The notes under the pieces were generated by a model, which was not told the origin of the DNA, did no database searches, and worked only from the letters and a program-made list of their open reading frames with translations. This document shows, piece after piece, positions 36,740-50,750 of a DNA stretch of 64,000 bases. The position numbers and the translations under genes were made by a program. Numbering within the stretch: position 1 is the first letter of the stretch; each line of letters opens with the position of its first letter. This stretch comes from Okamejei kenojei (lineage: Eukaryota): positions 12,400,001-12,464,000 of the forward strand of contig CM069150.1 in NCBI GenBank assembly GCA_035221665.1, read 5' to 3'.

Positions 36740-38750
36740 TGTAAAAATAAAAGAGAAGTATAACATAGCAAAGATGAGCGGGAGCCAGAGGATTGGGAAA
36801 CGTTTAAAGAGCAATAGAAGATAACTAAAAAGACAACACGGGGAGAAAAGATGAGGTATGAAGGAAAGCTAGCCAAGAATATAAAGGAGGATAGTAAAAG
36901 CTTCTTTAGGTATGTGAAGAGGAAAAAATCAGTTCAGACAAATGTGGGTCCCTTGAAGACAGAAACAGGTGAATTTATTGTGGGGAACAAGGAAATGATA
37001 GATGAGTTGAACAGGTACTTTGGATCTGTCTTCACTAAGGAAGACACAAACAATCTCCCAGATGTACTAGTGGTCAGATGACCTAGGGAGGAAATGGTAT
37101 TGGGTAGACTGATGGGGCTGAAGGTTGATAAATCCCCAGGGCCTGATGGTCTGCATCCAAGGGTACTTAAGAAGTGGCTCTAAAAATCATGGACACATTG
37201 ATCATTTTCCAATGTTCTATAGATTCAGGATCAGTTCGTGTGGATTGGAGGGTAGCTAATGTTACCCCACTTTTTAAGAAAGGTGGGAGAGAGAAAACAG
37301 GAATTGTAGACCAGTTAGCCTGACATCGGTGCAGGGAAGATGCTGGAGTCAATTGTAAAAGATGAAATAGCAGCACATTTGGATATCAGTAACAGGATAG
37401 GTCTGAGTCAGCATGGATTTATGAAGGGGTAATCATACTTCACTAATCTTCTGGAATTTTTTGAGGATGTTACTAGGAAAATGGACAAGGGAGAGCCAGT
37501 GGATGTCTACATCTATCCATGTCAGTACCAGGTCATAGGGGGTAGGGTACACAAAAAGCTGGAGAAACTCAGCGGGTGCAGCAGCATCTAAGGAGCGAAG
37601 GAGATAGGCGACGTTTCGGGTCGAGACCCTTCTTCAGACCCATAGGGGGTAGGGTACTGACATGGATAGAAAATTGGATGGCAGACTGGAAACAAAGAGT
37701 AGGGATTAACGGGTCCCTTTCAGAATGGCAGGCAGTGACTAGTGGGGGTACTGCAAGACTCGGTGCTGGGACCACAGCTATTTACAATATAAATTAATTA
37801 TTTAGATGAAGGGATTAAAAGTAACATTAGCAAATGTGCAGATGGCATAAAGCTGTGTGGCAGTGTGAACAGTGAGGAGGATGCTATGAGAATGCAGGGT
37901 GATTTGGACAGGTAGGGTGAGTGGACAGATGCATGGCAGATGCAGTTTAATGAGGATAAATGAGGTATTCCACTTTGGTGGCAAAAACAGGAAGGCAGAT
38001 TATTATCTGAATGGTGTCAAGTTGGGAAAAGGGGAAGTGAAACAAGATCTGGGGGGTCCTTGTTCATCAGTCACTGAAAGTAAGCATGCAGGTACATCAG
38101 GCAGTGAAGAAAGCTAATGGCATGTTGGCCTTCATAACAAGCGGAGTTGAGTATAGAGCAAAGAGGTCCTTCTGCAGTTGTACAGGCCCTAGTGAGACTA
38201 CACCTGGAGTATTGTGTGCAGTTTTGGTCTCCAAATTTGGTGAAGGACATTCTTACCATTGAGGGAGTACAGCGTAGGTACACAAGGTTAATTCCTGGGA
38301 TGGCGGGACTATCATATGTTGATACAATGGAATAGCTGGACTTGTATACTCTGGAATTTAGAAGGAGGAGAAGGGATCTTATCGAAACATATTAAGGGAT
38401 TGGACACACCAGATGCAGGAAACATGTTCCTAATGTTGGGGGAATCCAGAACCAGGGGCCACCATTTAAGAATTAGGAATAGGCCATTTAGAACGTAGAT
38501 GAGGAACATTTTTTTCACCCAGAGAATTGTGAATCTGTGGAATTATCTGCCTCAGAAGGCAGTGGAGGCCAATTCACTGGATGCTTTCAAGAGAGAGTTA
38601 GATAAAGCTCTTAAATATAGTGGAGTCGGGGGATATGGCAAGAAGGCAAGAACTGGGTACTGATTGTGGATGATCATTTTGAATGGCAGTGCTGGCTCGA
38701 AGGGCCGAATGGCCTACTCCTGCACCTATTGTCTATTGTATCACTCTATG
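36740..38750 (+). mobile_element. CR1 LINE ORF2 (RT region to 3' tail), decayed
   Basis: ORF fragments [31 protein letters not shown]; TTGTCTA tail. Confidence 0.9.
37551..37640 (-). mobile_element. 90-bp Penelope-terminus insertion carrying an intact hammerhead ribozyme core
   Basis: 17-bp TSD CATAGGGGGTAGGGTAC (37534-37550, 37641-37657); minus strand reads GGTCTGAAGAAGGGTCTCGACCCGAAACGTCGCCTAT. Confidence 0.8.
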
Positions 38751-38929
38751 ACTCTATAGCTCCAAAACTGCTGAAGATTAAAAAAAAAGAAATTCCTCCC
38801 TCATCCACAAATTCCTCTGAAGTTCACATTCCTCCCCTAGATCTACCATTCCATAAAATGCTGACTGATCTTTCACCCAGTGCCCACATATTCATTGGTG
38901 TGATCTTTTGATTCCTGGAATATTTGGGT

Positions 38930-39600
38930 GGTGGGGGCGCTGCAAGCCGGCAGCCCTGTCAGCAGCGTGTTAGTCTTTTCAACTTTTTAAATTTTTTTTT
39001 GTGTGTTTGAAAGTGTGTTTTTAATGTTTCTTTGTGTGTCGTGTGGGGGGGTAAGGGGGAAACCGTTTTGGTCGCCTCCTCCACGGAGAGGCGATTTTTC
39101 CAGGTCGCCTCCCCTGTGGCCTAACAGCAAGGATCAGCGCGGCCTTTCCCGGAGACCCGCCCGGGGCTTCAGCGACGGGCGCAGCGCGGACTCTCGGCGC
39201 AGAGCGGGCGAGCCCTCACTGGGGTTCGCCGGAGGGGAGCGCTCCGTTTCGCTGGCCCGTGGCAGCCTGAAGCCGCGGTCTACAGAGCTCCAGCTGGCGT
39301 GGTGTCCGCAGCCTGGGATCTCTCGTGGGGACCCGGGAGAAGAGCTCCAACTGCCGGCCCGCGGCCTACTTCTACCGCGGGCCCAGCGTGGACTTACCAT
39401 CACCCCTGGCGAGGAGCTCCGACCGCCGGCCCTACGGTCTGCGGTGCTTCTTGCTGCGGTGCGGCGGGGACTTTAAAACTTCGACCGCCGGCCTGTGGCC
39501 TACACCTTCCTGAAGCCGAGGTCTCTGGTGGTGAAGAGCCGATTCTGGACTTACCTGGACTTTTACCTTTCACATTTCATTTCACTTTTATTTGAAGATT
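38930..39600 (+). mobile_element. GC-rich unclassified interspersed repeat (loosely related to 56455-57080)
   Basis: Shared layout GGGGGCGC...CAGC...TGTGTTTT..GGCCTAACA; the CpG-rich body suggests a young TE rather than an exon. Confidence 0.45.
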
Positions 39601-40520
39601 TTACACAGTGTAAGTTGAAGGGCAGAGCAGTCTTGAACCAAATGACTTACTGCTCTTTCTAAAAATCCTTCATATCATCCTGTTTCCAGTATGATTGTAA
39701 AGATCCTGGTGTGTATAAAAGAAAGTCTGAGGAAATGCTCCAGGATGATATGATGAATCAGTGGTTGACTATTGCTTAACTATAAAATGACTCCATACTC
39801 TATTACTGGTATTGCTGCAGCTGAGCTGCTGTTGATTTGTCATCTTACATACAGCCCCTATAACCAAATTTAGAAGAGGAAGGGTGGGTGGAAGAGATAG
39901 CAGTTGAAGCAAGCGATGAAGTATCAGGGAAACGAAAAGCAATTTGTAAATGTCAGAGCCATCAGAACAGTAAGAACAACCAGACTTGGCAACATTATGG
40001 CCTGGTCACACAGTGTTACTGATTAAGTTATTGTATTACTGATTTATTGTATGTTTATGTTATTGCGTTAATAAGTCTGTAAAACTGCAGCACGGAAGAA
40101 TTTAATTGTTTCATTGCCGACACGTATGACAATTAAACACTTCTGAGTCTCTCCTTCAACCTCATTAAATTATTCAGATCTGTCTGATGAGATACTTTGT
40201 TCACATTTGAAATGTGTTCATATGGATCTCATGATCATAGTTAGAGACTATAAAATTATGTATGATGATGGATCTAATCATGGCATTAATACAGTCAGCT
40301 ATCTTTGAGGAGTCATGAATAGCAGTGGGTTAGGTCAAGAGGTTCCAACTTCCTCAGTTCCCGGAATGATTATGTCAGAAACAAATACATGGTTGAAGAG
40401 GAACTATCAACGAAGGAAGCCAGTCAACAGACTGAATCGGTAGTGGCAGTGTAAAACTGTGAAACATGTTTAAATATTTCCTGCAGAGAGGGAAAGCAGA
40501 GTACCTATTTATGAGAGTGA

Positions 40521-40804
40521 AGGCCCTGTCCCACTTTCCCGAGTTACTCACGAACTCCCCCGAGTTTTGATTCGAACTCGGAGAATTACGGTAATAGCCA
40601 TTCGTAGGTACTCGGGGCTATTTTTTTTACTCGTGGGCATTTAACAACAACATGTTGAAAAAATGTCCCAACTTACCTGATGCCCGAGTTCCTGCGGCTG
40701 GCATTATGAGCTGCTACGAAACATCTACGGACATTACCCGAGTTCGAATCGGGGGGAAAACTCGGGTGAGTTCGTGAATAACTCAGGAAAGTGGGACAGG
40801 GCCT
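40521..40804. mobile_element. Harbinger-like MITE with long TIRs
   Basis: AGGCCCTGTCCCACTTTCCCGAGTTACTCACGAACTC.. / ..GAGTTCGTGAATAACTCAGGAAAGTGGGACAGGGCCT; flanks TGA/TTA. Confidence 0.85.
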
Positions 40805-41331
40805 TTATGTGGTTACAGGGCAGGGATGTGATCATGTGAATGAAGTTACATAATAGATGTACATGAAGTAAGCATTGTGTAGTGAGAGCTCTTGGCTTCC
40901 GAACTTGGAATAAACACCACTTGTTTGAAGCTCTCTTGCATCATTAGCTGCAACATCATCCTAGATCCACACCACCCTGGCCATGCTCTCATTTCTCTCC
41001 TACCATCAGGGAGAAGGTATAGGAGCCTGGGAACTAACATTCAGGTTCAGGAGCAGCTTCTTCCCAACAACCATTAAGCTATTAAACTGTAACCAACTAA
41101 GCTCCAAACGACAGAGACTTGGGGCTATTGTTTTTATCTTTGCATTATTAGTGTTTGTTTTTGTTAAGCTGAACTTTTTTGGTGTTTTTATGGTGTATTA
41201 TGTTTACATATCTGTTGTGTTGCTACAAGTAAGAATGTAATTGTTCTGTTTAGGGACATTCTGTTTAGGGACATATGACAATAAAATAGTCCTGACTCTT
41301 CAAAAAGTAGAATTTACCAGAACTCTAGCCT

Positions 41332-42075
41332 TAGACAATAGACAATAGGTGCAGGAGTAGGCCATTTGGTCCTTCGAGCCAGCACCGCCATTCAATGTGA
41401 TCATGGCTGATCATCCCCAATCAGTACCCCTTTCCTGCCTTCTCCCCATATCCTCTGACTCCGCTATTTTTAAGAGCCCTATCTAGCTCTTTCTTGAAAG
41501 CATCCAGAGAACCTGCCTCCACCGCCCTCTGAGGCAGAGAATTCCACAGACTCGCCACTCTCTGTGAGAAAAAGTGTTTCCTTGTCTCTGTTCTAAATGG
41601 CTTACTCCTTATTCTTAAACTGTGGCCCCTGGTTCTGGACTCCCCCAACATCGGGAACATGTTTCCTGCCTCTAGTGTGTCCAAGCCCTTAACAATCTTG
41701 TTTCAATGAGATTCCCTCTCATCCTTCTAAACTCCAGACTGTACAAGCCCAGCTGCTCCATTCTCTCAGCATATGACAGTCCCGCCATCCCGGGAATTAA
41801 CCTTGTAAACCTACACTGCACTCCCTCAATAGTAAGAATGTCCTTCCTCAAATTAGGGGACCAAAACTGCACACAATACTCCAGGTGTGGTCTCATTAGG
41901 GCTCTGTACAACTGCAGAAGGACCCCATTGCTCCTATATCCGATTCCTCTTGTTATAGAGGCCAACATGCCATTCGCTCTCTTCGCTGCCTGCTGTACTT
42001 GCATGCTTACTTTCATAGACTGATGTACAAGGACCCCCAGATCCTGTTGTACTTTCCCTTTTCCCAACTTGACGC
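41332..42075 (-). mobile_element. CR1 LINE 3' fragment
   Basis: ORFs 41421-41684 and 41672-42067 ([13 protein letters not shown]); (TAGACAA)n tail. Confidence 0.9.
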
Positions 42076-43134
42076 CATATACCTTATAATACCTTTATAC
42101 AAGCTTCTTTTCCTCTTTCATGTATATATGTGTAACCCACAGATGTGAAAATCTTGCAAATGTTACATCTCTAATATCCCAACAATGATTTGAAGCTCTT
42201 TGAAACTCTACCCGTGTTCCAAAATGAGGTTTATGTTCGGAGTTGTTGGTTTTATTAGTTAAATCTGGTGGGCATTTTTGCTGTGCAGAATGTTGCTCTT
42301 TACAGGTCTTTGGTTTGAATCAATACAGAATGATACCAGATATTTCAAATATAATCAGTACAATTCTTTATGGCTAGTTTGGATGGAATATGAAGGATTG
42401 CAGAATGATTGATTTCATGTGGGTAGGGGATTAATTGGAGTAGATTTGCAAGTGGCACAGTTAGAAGTGAAATTTGGTAAAGAGGTGTAAGATATCAGTG
42501 GAGATTGGAAGTGGGACCTTGCAGAGGGTTGAGCAAGGAAAAATGAAGCATACATTAATGACAGAATCTGCAGTGGAATATTGGAATGATTCCACGTAGA
42601 AATTTTTGTGCACTGAGGAATCCCTTCCTTTAATGCTTGGGGTGTGCCTGATTTTGCTGAAGGGGCAGAGGAAATGTCTGAAACTCTCTTGATAACAAGA
42701 GGGATAGTTGTACTTGGCTCCCCTGATTTGAAAGATAAGGTTCCAGGAAAGGCTTTTACTTTGAGAAATTTAACCAATTCAGTCATGTAGCTATCACTTT
42801 CCTGCAGACTGTTGTGCTAGCGAAGATACACGATGCCAAAGGTTGCCAATTGTCTAGGCTCTCAAAGGCTCCAGGCAAAATCCATACAGTTTTGAACATT
42901 TTCCTGACAAAACTCGCAAATGTAGTGTTATCATCCTCCTGGCCTAAGCAGAATTACACCAGTGATAAGGTTGAATTATGTTAAAAATATAAGAAAATAT
43001 TAAATGGAATCCTGGGCCTGCTTACAACTTATATTTAGTTTCAAATCAGGCTTTCCTCCAGTAGATTAATACAGGCTTGCCTCAGGTTGCTGTGTATTGA
43101 GATAATGAATGACTATAACATTTGTTTACAATTT

Positions 43135-46100
43135 AGAAACATAGAAAATAGGTGCAGGAGTAGGCCATTCGGCCCTTCGAGCCTGCACAGCCATTCAATA
43201 TGATCATGGCTGATCATCCAACTCAGTATCCTGTACCTGCCTTCTCTCCATACCCCCTGATCCCTTTAGCCACAAGGGCCACATCTAACTCCCTCTTAAA
43301 TATAGCCAATGAACTGGCCTCAACTACCTTCTGTGGCAGATAATTCCAGAGACTCACCACTCTCTGTGTGAAAAATGTTTTCCTCATCTCGGTCCTAAAG
43401 GAATTCCCCCTTATCCTTAGACTGTGACACCTTGTTCTGGACCTCCCCAACATCGGGAACAATCTTCCTGCATCTAGCCTATCCAACCCCTTAAGAATTT
43501 TGTAAGTTTCTATAAGATCCCCCCTCAGTCCCCTAAATTCTAGCGAGTACAAGCCAAGTCTATCCAGTCTTTCCTCATATGAAAGTACTGACATCCCAGG
43601 AATCAGTCTGGTGAACCTTCTCTGTACCCCCTCTATGGCAAGAATGTCTTTTCTCAGATTTGGAGACCAAAACTGTACGCAATACTCCAGGTGTGGTCTC
43701 ACCAAAACGCTGTACAACTGCAATAGAACCTCCCTGCTCCTATACTCAAATCCTTTTGCTATGAATGCTAACATATCATTTGCTTTCTTCACTGCCTGCT
43801 GCACCTGCATGCGTACTTTCAATGATTGGTGTACCATGACACCCAGGTCTCATTGCATCTCCCCTTTTCCTAATTTGCCACCATTAAGATAATAGTCTAC
43901 CCTCCTGTTTTTGCCACCAGTGGATAACCTCACATTTATCCACATTATACTGCATCTGCCATGCATTTGCCCACTCACCCAGCCTATCCAAGTCACCTTG
44001 CAGCCCCCTAGCATCCTCCTCACACCTAACACTACCCCCCAGCTTAGTGTCATCCGCAAACTTGGAGATGTTGCATTCAATTCCCTCGTCCAAATCATTA
44101 ATATATATTGTAAATAGCTGGGGTCCCAGCATTGAGCCTTGCGGTACCCCACTAGTCGCTGCCTGCCATTCTGAAAAGGACCCGTTTACTCCTACCCTTT
44201 GCTTCCTGTCTGCCAGCCAGTTCTCTATCCACATCAATACTGAACCCCCAATACCGTGTGCTTTAAGTTTGTATACTAATCTCTTATGTGGGACCTTATC
44301 GAAGGCCTTCTGAAAGTCTAGATATAACACATCCACTGGTTCTCCCTCATCCACTCTGCTAGTTACATCCTCGAAAAATTCTATAAGATTCGTCAGACAT
44401 GATTTACCTTTCGTAAATCCATGCTGACTTTGTCTAATGATTTCACCACTTTCCAAATGTACTGCTATCCCATCTTTAATAACTGACTCTAGCAGTTTCC
44501 CCACTACCGATGTTAGACTAACTGGTCTGTAATTCCCCATTTTCTTTCACCCTCCTTTTTTAAAAAGTGGGGTTACATTAGCTACCCACCAATCCTCAGG
44601 AACTACTCCAGAATCTAAGGAGTTTTGAAAAATGATCACTAATGCATCCACTATTTCTGTGGCTACTTCCTTGAGTACTCTAGGATGCAGACTATCTGGC
44701 CCTGGGGATTTATCGGCCTTTAATCCATTCAATTTACCCAACACCACTTCTCGGCTAACCTGGATTTCACTCAATTCCTCCACTTTATTTGACCCCCAGT
44801 CCCCTGCTATTTCCGGCAGATTATTTATGTCTTCCTTAGTGAAGACAGAACCAAAGTAGTTATTCAATTGGTCTGCCATGGTCTTGTTCCCCATGATCAA
44901 TTCACCTGTTTCTGACTGCAAGGGACCTACATTTGTTTTAACTAATCTCTTTCTCTTCACATATCTATAAAAACTTTTGCGGTCAGTTTTTATGTTCCCT
45001 GCCAGTTTTCTTTCATAATCTATTTTCCCTTTCCTAATTAAGCCCTTTGTCCTCCTGCTGAACTCTGAATTTCTCCCAGTCCTCTGGTAGGCTGCTTTTT
45101 CTGGCTAATTTGTATGCTTAATCTTTTTTTATACTATCCCTGATTTCCCTTGTTATCCATGGATGCACTACCTGCCCTGATTTATTCTTTTGCCAAACTG
45201 GGATGAACAATTGTTGTAGTTCATCCATGCAGTCTTTAAATACCTTCCAGAGCACATCCACTGTCAACCCTTTAAGAATCACTTGCCAGTCTATCTTGGC
45301 CAATTCACTTCTCATACCTTCAAAGTTACCTGTGTTTAAGTTCAGAACCCTTGTTTCTAACTTAATTATGTCACTCTCCATCCTAATGAAGAACTCAACC
45401 ACATTATGGTCACTCTTGCCCAAGGGGTCCCGCACAACAAGACTGCTAACTAACCCTTCCTCATTACTCAATACCCAGTCTAGAATAGCCTGCTCTCTCG
45501 TTGGTTCCTCTACATGTTGGTTTAGAAAACTATCCCGCATACATTCCAAGAAATCCTCTTCCTCAGCACCCCTGCCCATTTGATTCACCCAATCTATATG
45601 TAGATTGAAGTCACCCATTACAACTGTTTTACCCTTGTTGCATGCATTTCTAATTTCCTGTTTGATGCCATCCCCAACTCCACTATTATTGTTAGGTGGT
45701 CTGTACACAACTCCCACTAGCGTTTTCTGCCCCTTAGAGATCGCAGCTCTACCCATATCGATTCCACATCCTCCAAGCTAATGTCCTTCCTTTCTATTGC
45801 ATTAATCTCCTCTCGCACCAGCAACGCTACCCCACCCTTTCCTTTCTGTCTATCCCTCCTGAATAATGAATATCCCTGGATGTTCAGCTCCCAGCCTTGG
45901 TCCCCCTGGAGCCATGTCTCTGTGATCCCAACTATAGCACAGTCATTAATAGCTATCTGCACATTCAACTCGTCCACCTTATTACGAATGCTCCTTGCAT
46001 TGAGACACAAAGCCTTCAGGCTTGTTTTTACAACATTCTTACTCCTTGTACAATTATGTTGACAAGTGGTCCCTTTTGATTTTTGCCCTGGAAACCCACC

Positions 46101-47043
46101 ACCTCTTATTCTCTGTTTATTATTTTTTCTTCTTTCCCCCCTACATGTTGGGTCTGAGTGCTTCCCTTCTCTGCCTCCTGCCTCAGACCCTGTTTACTGG
46201 CTTTCTCTATTTGAGTCCCTCCCCCCAACCGTTCTAGTTTAAAGTCCCCCCCGGTAGCCTTTGAAAATTTCCCTGACAGGATACTGGTCCCCCTCGGGTT
46301 CATGTGCAACCCGTCCTTTTTATGCAGGTCACTCTTTCCCCAAAAGAGGTTCCATTGATCCAGAAACTTGAATCCCTGCCCTCTGCACCAGTCCTTCAGC
46401 CAGGCATTCATCCTCCACCTTGCTCCATTCCTACTCTCACTGTCGCGTGGCACAGGAAGTAATCCTGAGATTGTTATGTTTGCGGTTCTTTTCCTTAACT
46501 CTCTTCCTAACTCCCTAAATTCTCCTTTCAGGATCTCTTCTCTTTTTTTACCTATGTCATCGATACCAATATGCACCACGACCTCGGGCTCCTCTCCCTC
46601 CCTTTTCAGAATATCTTGGACACGTTCAGACACATCCCGGACCCTGGCACCAGGGAGGCAAACTACCATCCGTGTCTCCGGACTGCGTCCACAGAATCGC
46701 CAATCTGATCCCCTAACTATAGAGTCCCCTATTACTAATGCCCTCCTCTTCTTTTCCTTGCCCTTCTGAGCAACAGGGCCGGTGTCTGTACCGCAGGCCA
46801 GGTCGCTGTTGCAACCCCCAGGTAGGCTGTCCCCCCGAACAGCACTCAAACAGGAGTACTTATTTCCAAGGTGTACAGCCACTGGTGTACTCTCTAGCGC
46901 CCGCCTCTGCCCCTTGCCTCTCCTAACTGTGACCCACTTGTCTGCCTCCTGTGGTTTTGGAGAATCTACCCCCCTGTAACTCCTCTCTATGACCTCCTCA
47001 CTCTCCCTGACCAGACGGAGGTCATCGAGCTGCTGCTCCAGGT
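43135..47043 (-). mobile_element. Near-full-length CR1 LINE: ORF1 with SGNH esterase-like domain, ORF2 APE endonuclease plus RT (frameshifted)
   Basis: ORF1: GDSIVRG, CLPGARV, VVHIG, DGLH. EN: CLNARSIRNK, GITETWL, GDFN, LGKSDH. RT: [23 protein letters not shown]. Confidence 0.95.
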
Positions 47044-47520
47044 TGACGAGAGAGGAAGCCCAGATTGATCCCACTAAGGAGTATTGACAAATGGTCGATA
47101 CCTTTAATATGTAAAATACCTTGCACCAAATGACCGATGACTTTGAGGTGTGCAAGTGACGAGAGAGGAAGCCAGATTGATCCCACTAAGGGGTATTGAC
47201 AAATGGTCGATATGTAAGATATCTTGTACCAAATGTCCGATGCCTTTGATATGACGCATCCTGTAGGATCCTGTGTCTTCTCTGTACATCTGATCGTGAC
47301 TAGTTTGTGGAATGTGCTGAGGTGACAAAAAAACTATAATACGATGTAATTCATTTGTTCAGGGAAGTGGACTGAGGACAGCGAAGTGTCTGTATTGCTC
47401 ACTTGACTGGGGTTCTCCCTGCCACTTCCATCGGCCGATAATAAGTAAAGTTTTGAACTGGTCTACCAAACGTTTGTGAGTTGTCTGTTTATTAGAAGCG
47501 AACCTGTTTGATTGTTATAA
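47044..47520 (+). mobile_element. LTR-like fragment with a ~110-bp imperfect tandem duplication
   Basis: TGACGAGAGAGGAAGCC..GATCCCACTAAG..GTATTGACAAATGGTCGATA at 47044 and 47157. Confidence 0.45.
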
Positions 47521-49069
47521 AAGGACTGTATTTGTACCAGATAGACATTATGACCAGGTTTTTTAGGTGAGCAGCAAGTATGTCGACCTCTGGTATAAAT
47601 TATGGCCGGCTGTGATGTGACACATGTAACAGGAATTTATTGAAACCAGTGAGTAAAATCATTCCTATTGAGATAACACAAGTGTGCCCAGGCTAAGCTC
47701 TGTCCCTATCTAAATCAGTTGTCAAAGCAGTAAAGCACTGCCAGTAGGTGTCGCAAAACTGGGTGGATCGTGGAATGTGAAAACTATTTCAAGATTTTGT
47801 TATTGTATTGTAAGAAATTGTATTCTTATTTTATGAAACATTTGGACTGCAGTTCACTCCCTGTTGAGTCACCATACGTATCAGCAGCAACCACAGCACG
47901 CTATGCATTCCCTTATTTTTGAAACACAATATTGGCAGCCTATATTTCTCCGCAGGACAGTCTGTATGAGGATGTGTGCACCACAAAACATTCGCATATC
48001 ACAAATCTTTTCCCAGCGACTCGAATACAGGCTGTGCCAACTATGAATGTCCCTACATACAAAAGAGCTCCTATAATATTATTACATTGAAAATTTTGAT
48101 GTAAGTACATTAGTGTTTTCCCCGTTATGCCATGTCCTCTCAAATGTTGTCCCAATGTCAAGGGCAGACATTCTTGCCTAGCGTCTGGAATGGAGCTCTT
48201 TGCTCAATGTTCGGGCCAAAGTGACAAGGAGAATTGGAGCTGAACACACCTGGTGATATCTAGGGTGATCTTGTCTCTGTCAGCCTTGCCTTTTGGTTGA
48301 AGATAAACACAAAATGTTGGAGTAACTCAGCAGGACAGGCAACATCTCTGGAGAGAAGGAATGGGTAACGTTTCAGGTCGAGACCCTTCCTCAGACTCCT
48401 TACCCCTTGGTTGGCTCATTATAGACACCAATTCAAAGTGGATGATTTGTTCTTGCTGCCCTTGATATTTCTTCCAAATGTTGCTCAACATGAAAGAACA
48501 CTGTCTCGTCTGTTAGTAGTTCTGTCTTGGCCTGTGTTTGTAGTGCAGTGTGAGCTGCATAATTATGGCAAAGAATTTCATTATTGTCAGGAGAGGATGT
48601 CACTACCAAGTACAACAAATATTGTTGCTCTTGGAGTTGATTGTGAGCTGCCCTGATTGATGCAACCTGCAACGGGGTTGTTGACTTGACACCCGCAGTG
48701 CTGTTAGTTTGAAACTTCCAAGAATTTGCTCCAGCAGTAGTGAAAGAATTGGGATATGTATGAATTGGCATGGAGGCTGGTGGAGGTGTTCCCATCGTCC
48801 TGCTGGCCTTGCTCAGGAGAGCAGTTCAAGTAGCTCGCATAGGCAACCTTTTTGAAGGCTTAGTAGGTTGTTACATTCATCATGCAGATAGGATGATTCA
48901 TGGCATGGTCTTTGATGGTCTTCCATCCTTCTGATGTTCACAAAGTTAACCAATACTAATCTGAATAGTATACCAATGCTATTCTGCCTGTCAGTGAAAG
49001 AATTTGTCACTGGTGAATGATATTTTATGTCTTGGAATTGTAGTGTATCGAATAAATCAGGAGGCAGCT

Positions 49070-50750
49070 CGAATGTCCGCGAAACATCACTCCCTGGTGA
49101 GCTCAATGTGTTTTATGCATGCTTTGATAGGGAAAATACTGATGTGCCTTCCCGAGCCCCCATTTGCTGTGATGGTATTTCAGTCACAGTCACAGAGGCC
49201 GACGTCAGGAAATCCTTCAGAGGGGTGAACCCTCGAAAAGCGCCTGGACCTGATGGTATACTTGGTCATGTTCTAAAGACCTGTGCGGACCAACTGGCTG
49301 GAGTTTTTACGGACATTTTCAACCTCTCACTTCTGAGGTCTGAGGTTCCCACCTGCTTTAAAAGGGCATCAATTATACCAGTGCCCAAGAAGAGCAAGGT
49401 GACGTGCCTCAATGACTATCGACCAGTGGCACTAACGTCTGTGGTGTTGAAGTGCTTTGAGAGGTTGATCATGGCGCAAATCAACTCCTACCTCGACAAA
49501 AACCTGGACCCACTGCAGTTCGCTTACTGCCTCAACAGATCAACGGTGGATGCGATCTCGCTGTCTCTCCACTCCACTCTGGACCACTTGGACAACAAAA
49601 ACTCATATGTTAGGCTGTTATTCATTGATTACAGCTTGGCATTTAATACAATCATCCCCTCCAAGCTGCTTACCAAACTCGCAGATCTGGGTCTCTGCGA
49701 ATCCCTCTGCAATTGGATCCTCGACTTCCTCATTCACGGACCCCAGTCTGTTCGTATTGGTGGAAATGTGTCAGCCTCGAGGCTGCGTGCTCAGCCCCCT
49801 GTTGTACTCACTCTATACTCATGACTGCGTAGCCGGTCATAGTGCGAACTCCATCATCAGGTTCGCTGACGACACCACTATCGTGGGACGTGTCACTGAT
49901 GGGGATGAGTCAGAGTATAGAAGAGAGATCGAGCGACTGTCCATATGGTGCCAGCACAATAACCTGACCCTCAACACCAGCAAAACCAATGAACTGATTG
50001 TGGACTTTGGAAGGAGGAGGATGGGGACCCACAGTCCCATTTACATCAACGGGTCGATGGTTGAAAGGGTCAAGAGCTTTAAATTTCTGGGCATGCATAT
50101 CTCTGAAGATCTTTCCCGGTCTGAGAACACTGATGCAATTATTAAGAAAGCACATCAGCGCCTCTACTTCCTGAGAAGATTACGGAGAGTCGGTTTGTCA
50201 AGGAGGACTCTCTCTAACTTCTACAGGTTCACAGTAGAGAGCATGCTGACCGGTTGCAGCGTGGCTTGGTTCGGCAACTTGAGCGCCCTGGAGCGGAAAA
50301 GACTACAAAAAATAGTAAACACTGCAAAGTCCATCATCAGCTCTGACCTCCCTTCCATCGAGGGGATCTATCGCAGTCGCTGCCTCAAAAAGGCTGGCAG
50401 TATCATCAAGGACCCACACCATCCTGGCCACACACTCATCTCCCCGCTACCTTCAGGTAGTAGGTACAGGAGCCTGAAGACTGCAACGACGAGGTTCAGG
50501 AATAGCTACTTCCCCACAGCCATCAGGCTATTAAACTTGGCTTGGAGAAAACTCTGAACATTAACAGCGCATTATCTGTTTATTTGCACTTTATCAGTTT
50601 ATTTATTCATGTGTGTATATGTTTATATAATGGTATATGGACACACTGATCTGTTCTGTAGTCATGCCTACTATGTTCTGTTGTGCTGAAGCAAAGCAAG
50701 AATTTAATTGTCCTATCAGGGACACATGGCAATAAACTCTCTTGAATCTT
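49070..50750 (+). mobile_element. Rex1/Babar-like LINE (RT and C-terminus, one frameshift)
   Basis: ORFs 49027-49824 (KAPGPDGI, DYRPVALTS, LDPLQFAY) and 49550-50557 (GCVLSPLLYSLYTHDC, FADD, KKAHQRLYFLRRL); CAATAAA/TCTTGAA tail. Confidence 0.92.

Noticed and set aside
39003-39595. GC-rich ORFs inside the bcl2l1 intron
   Set aside because: Within an interspersed repeat; no splice signals or recognisable domain.
47044-47250. CRISPR-like direct repeats (also 20076-20139, 60529-60572)
   Set aside because: Only two copies each, no spacer array, eukaryotic context.
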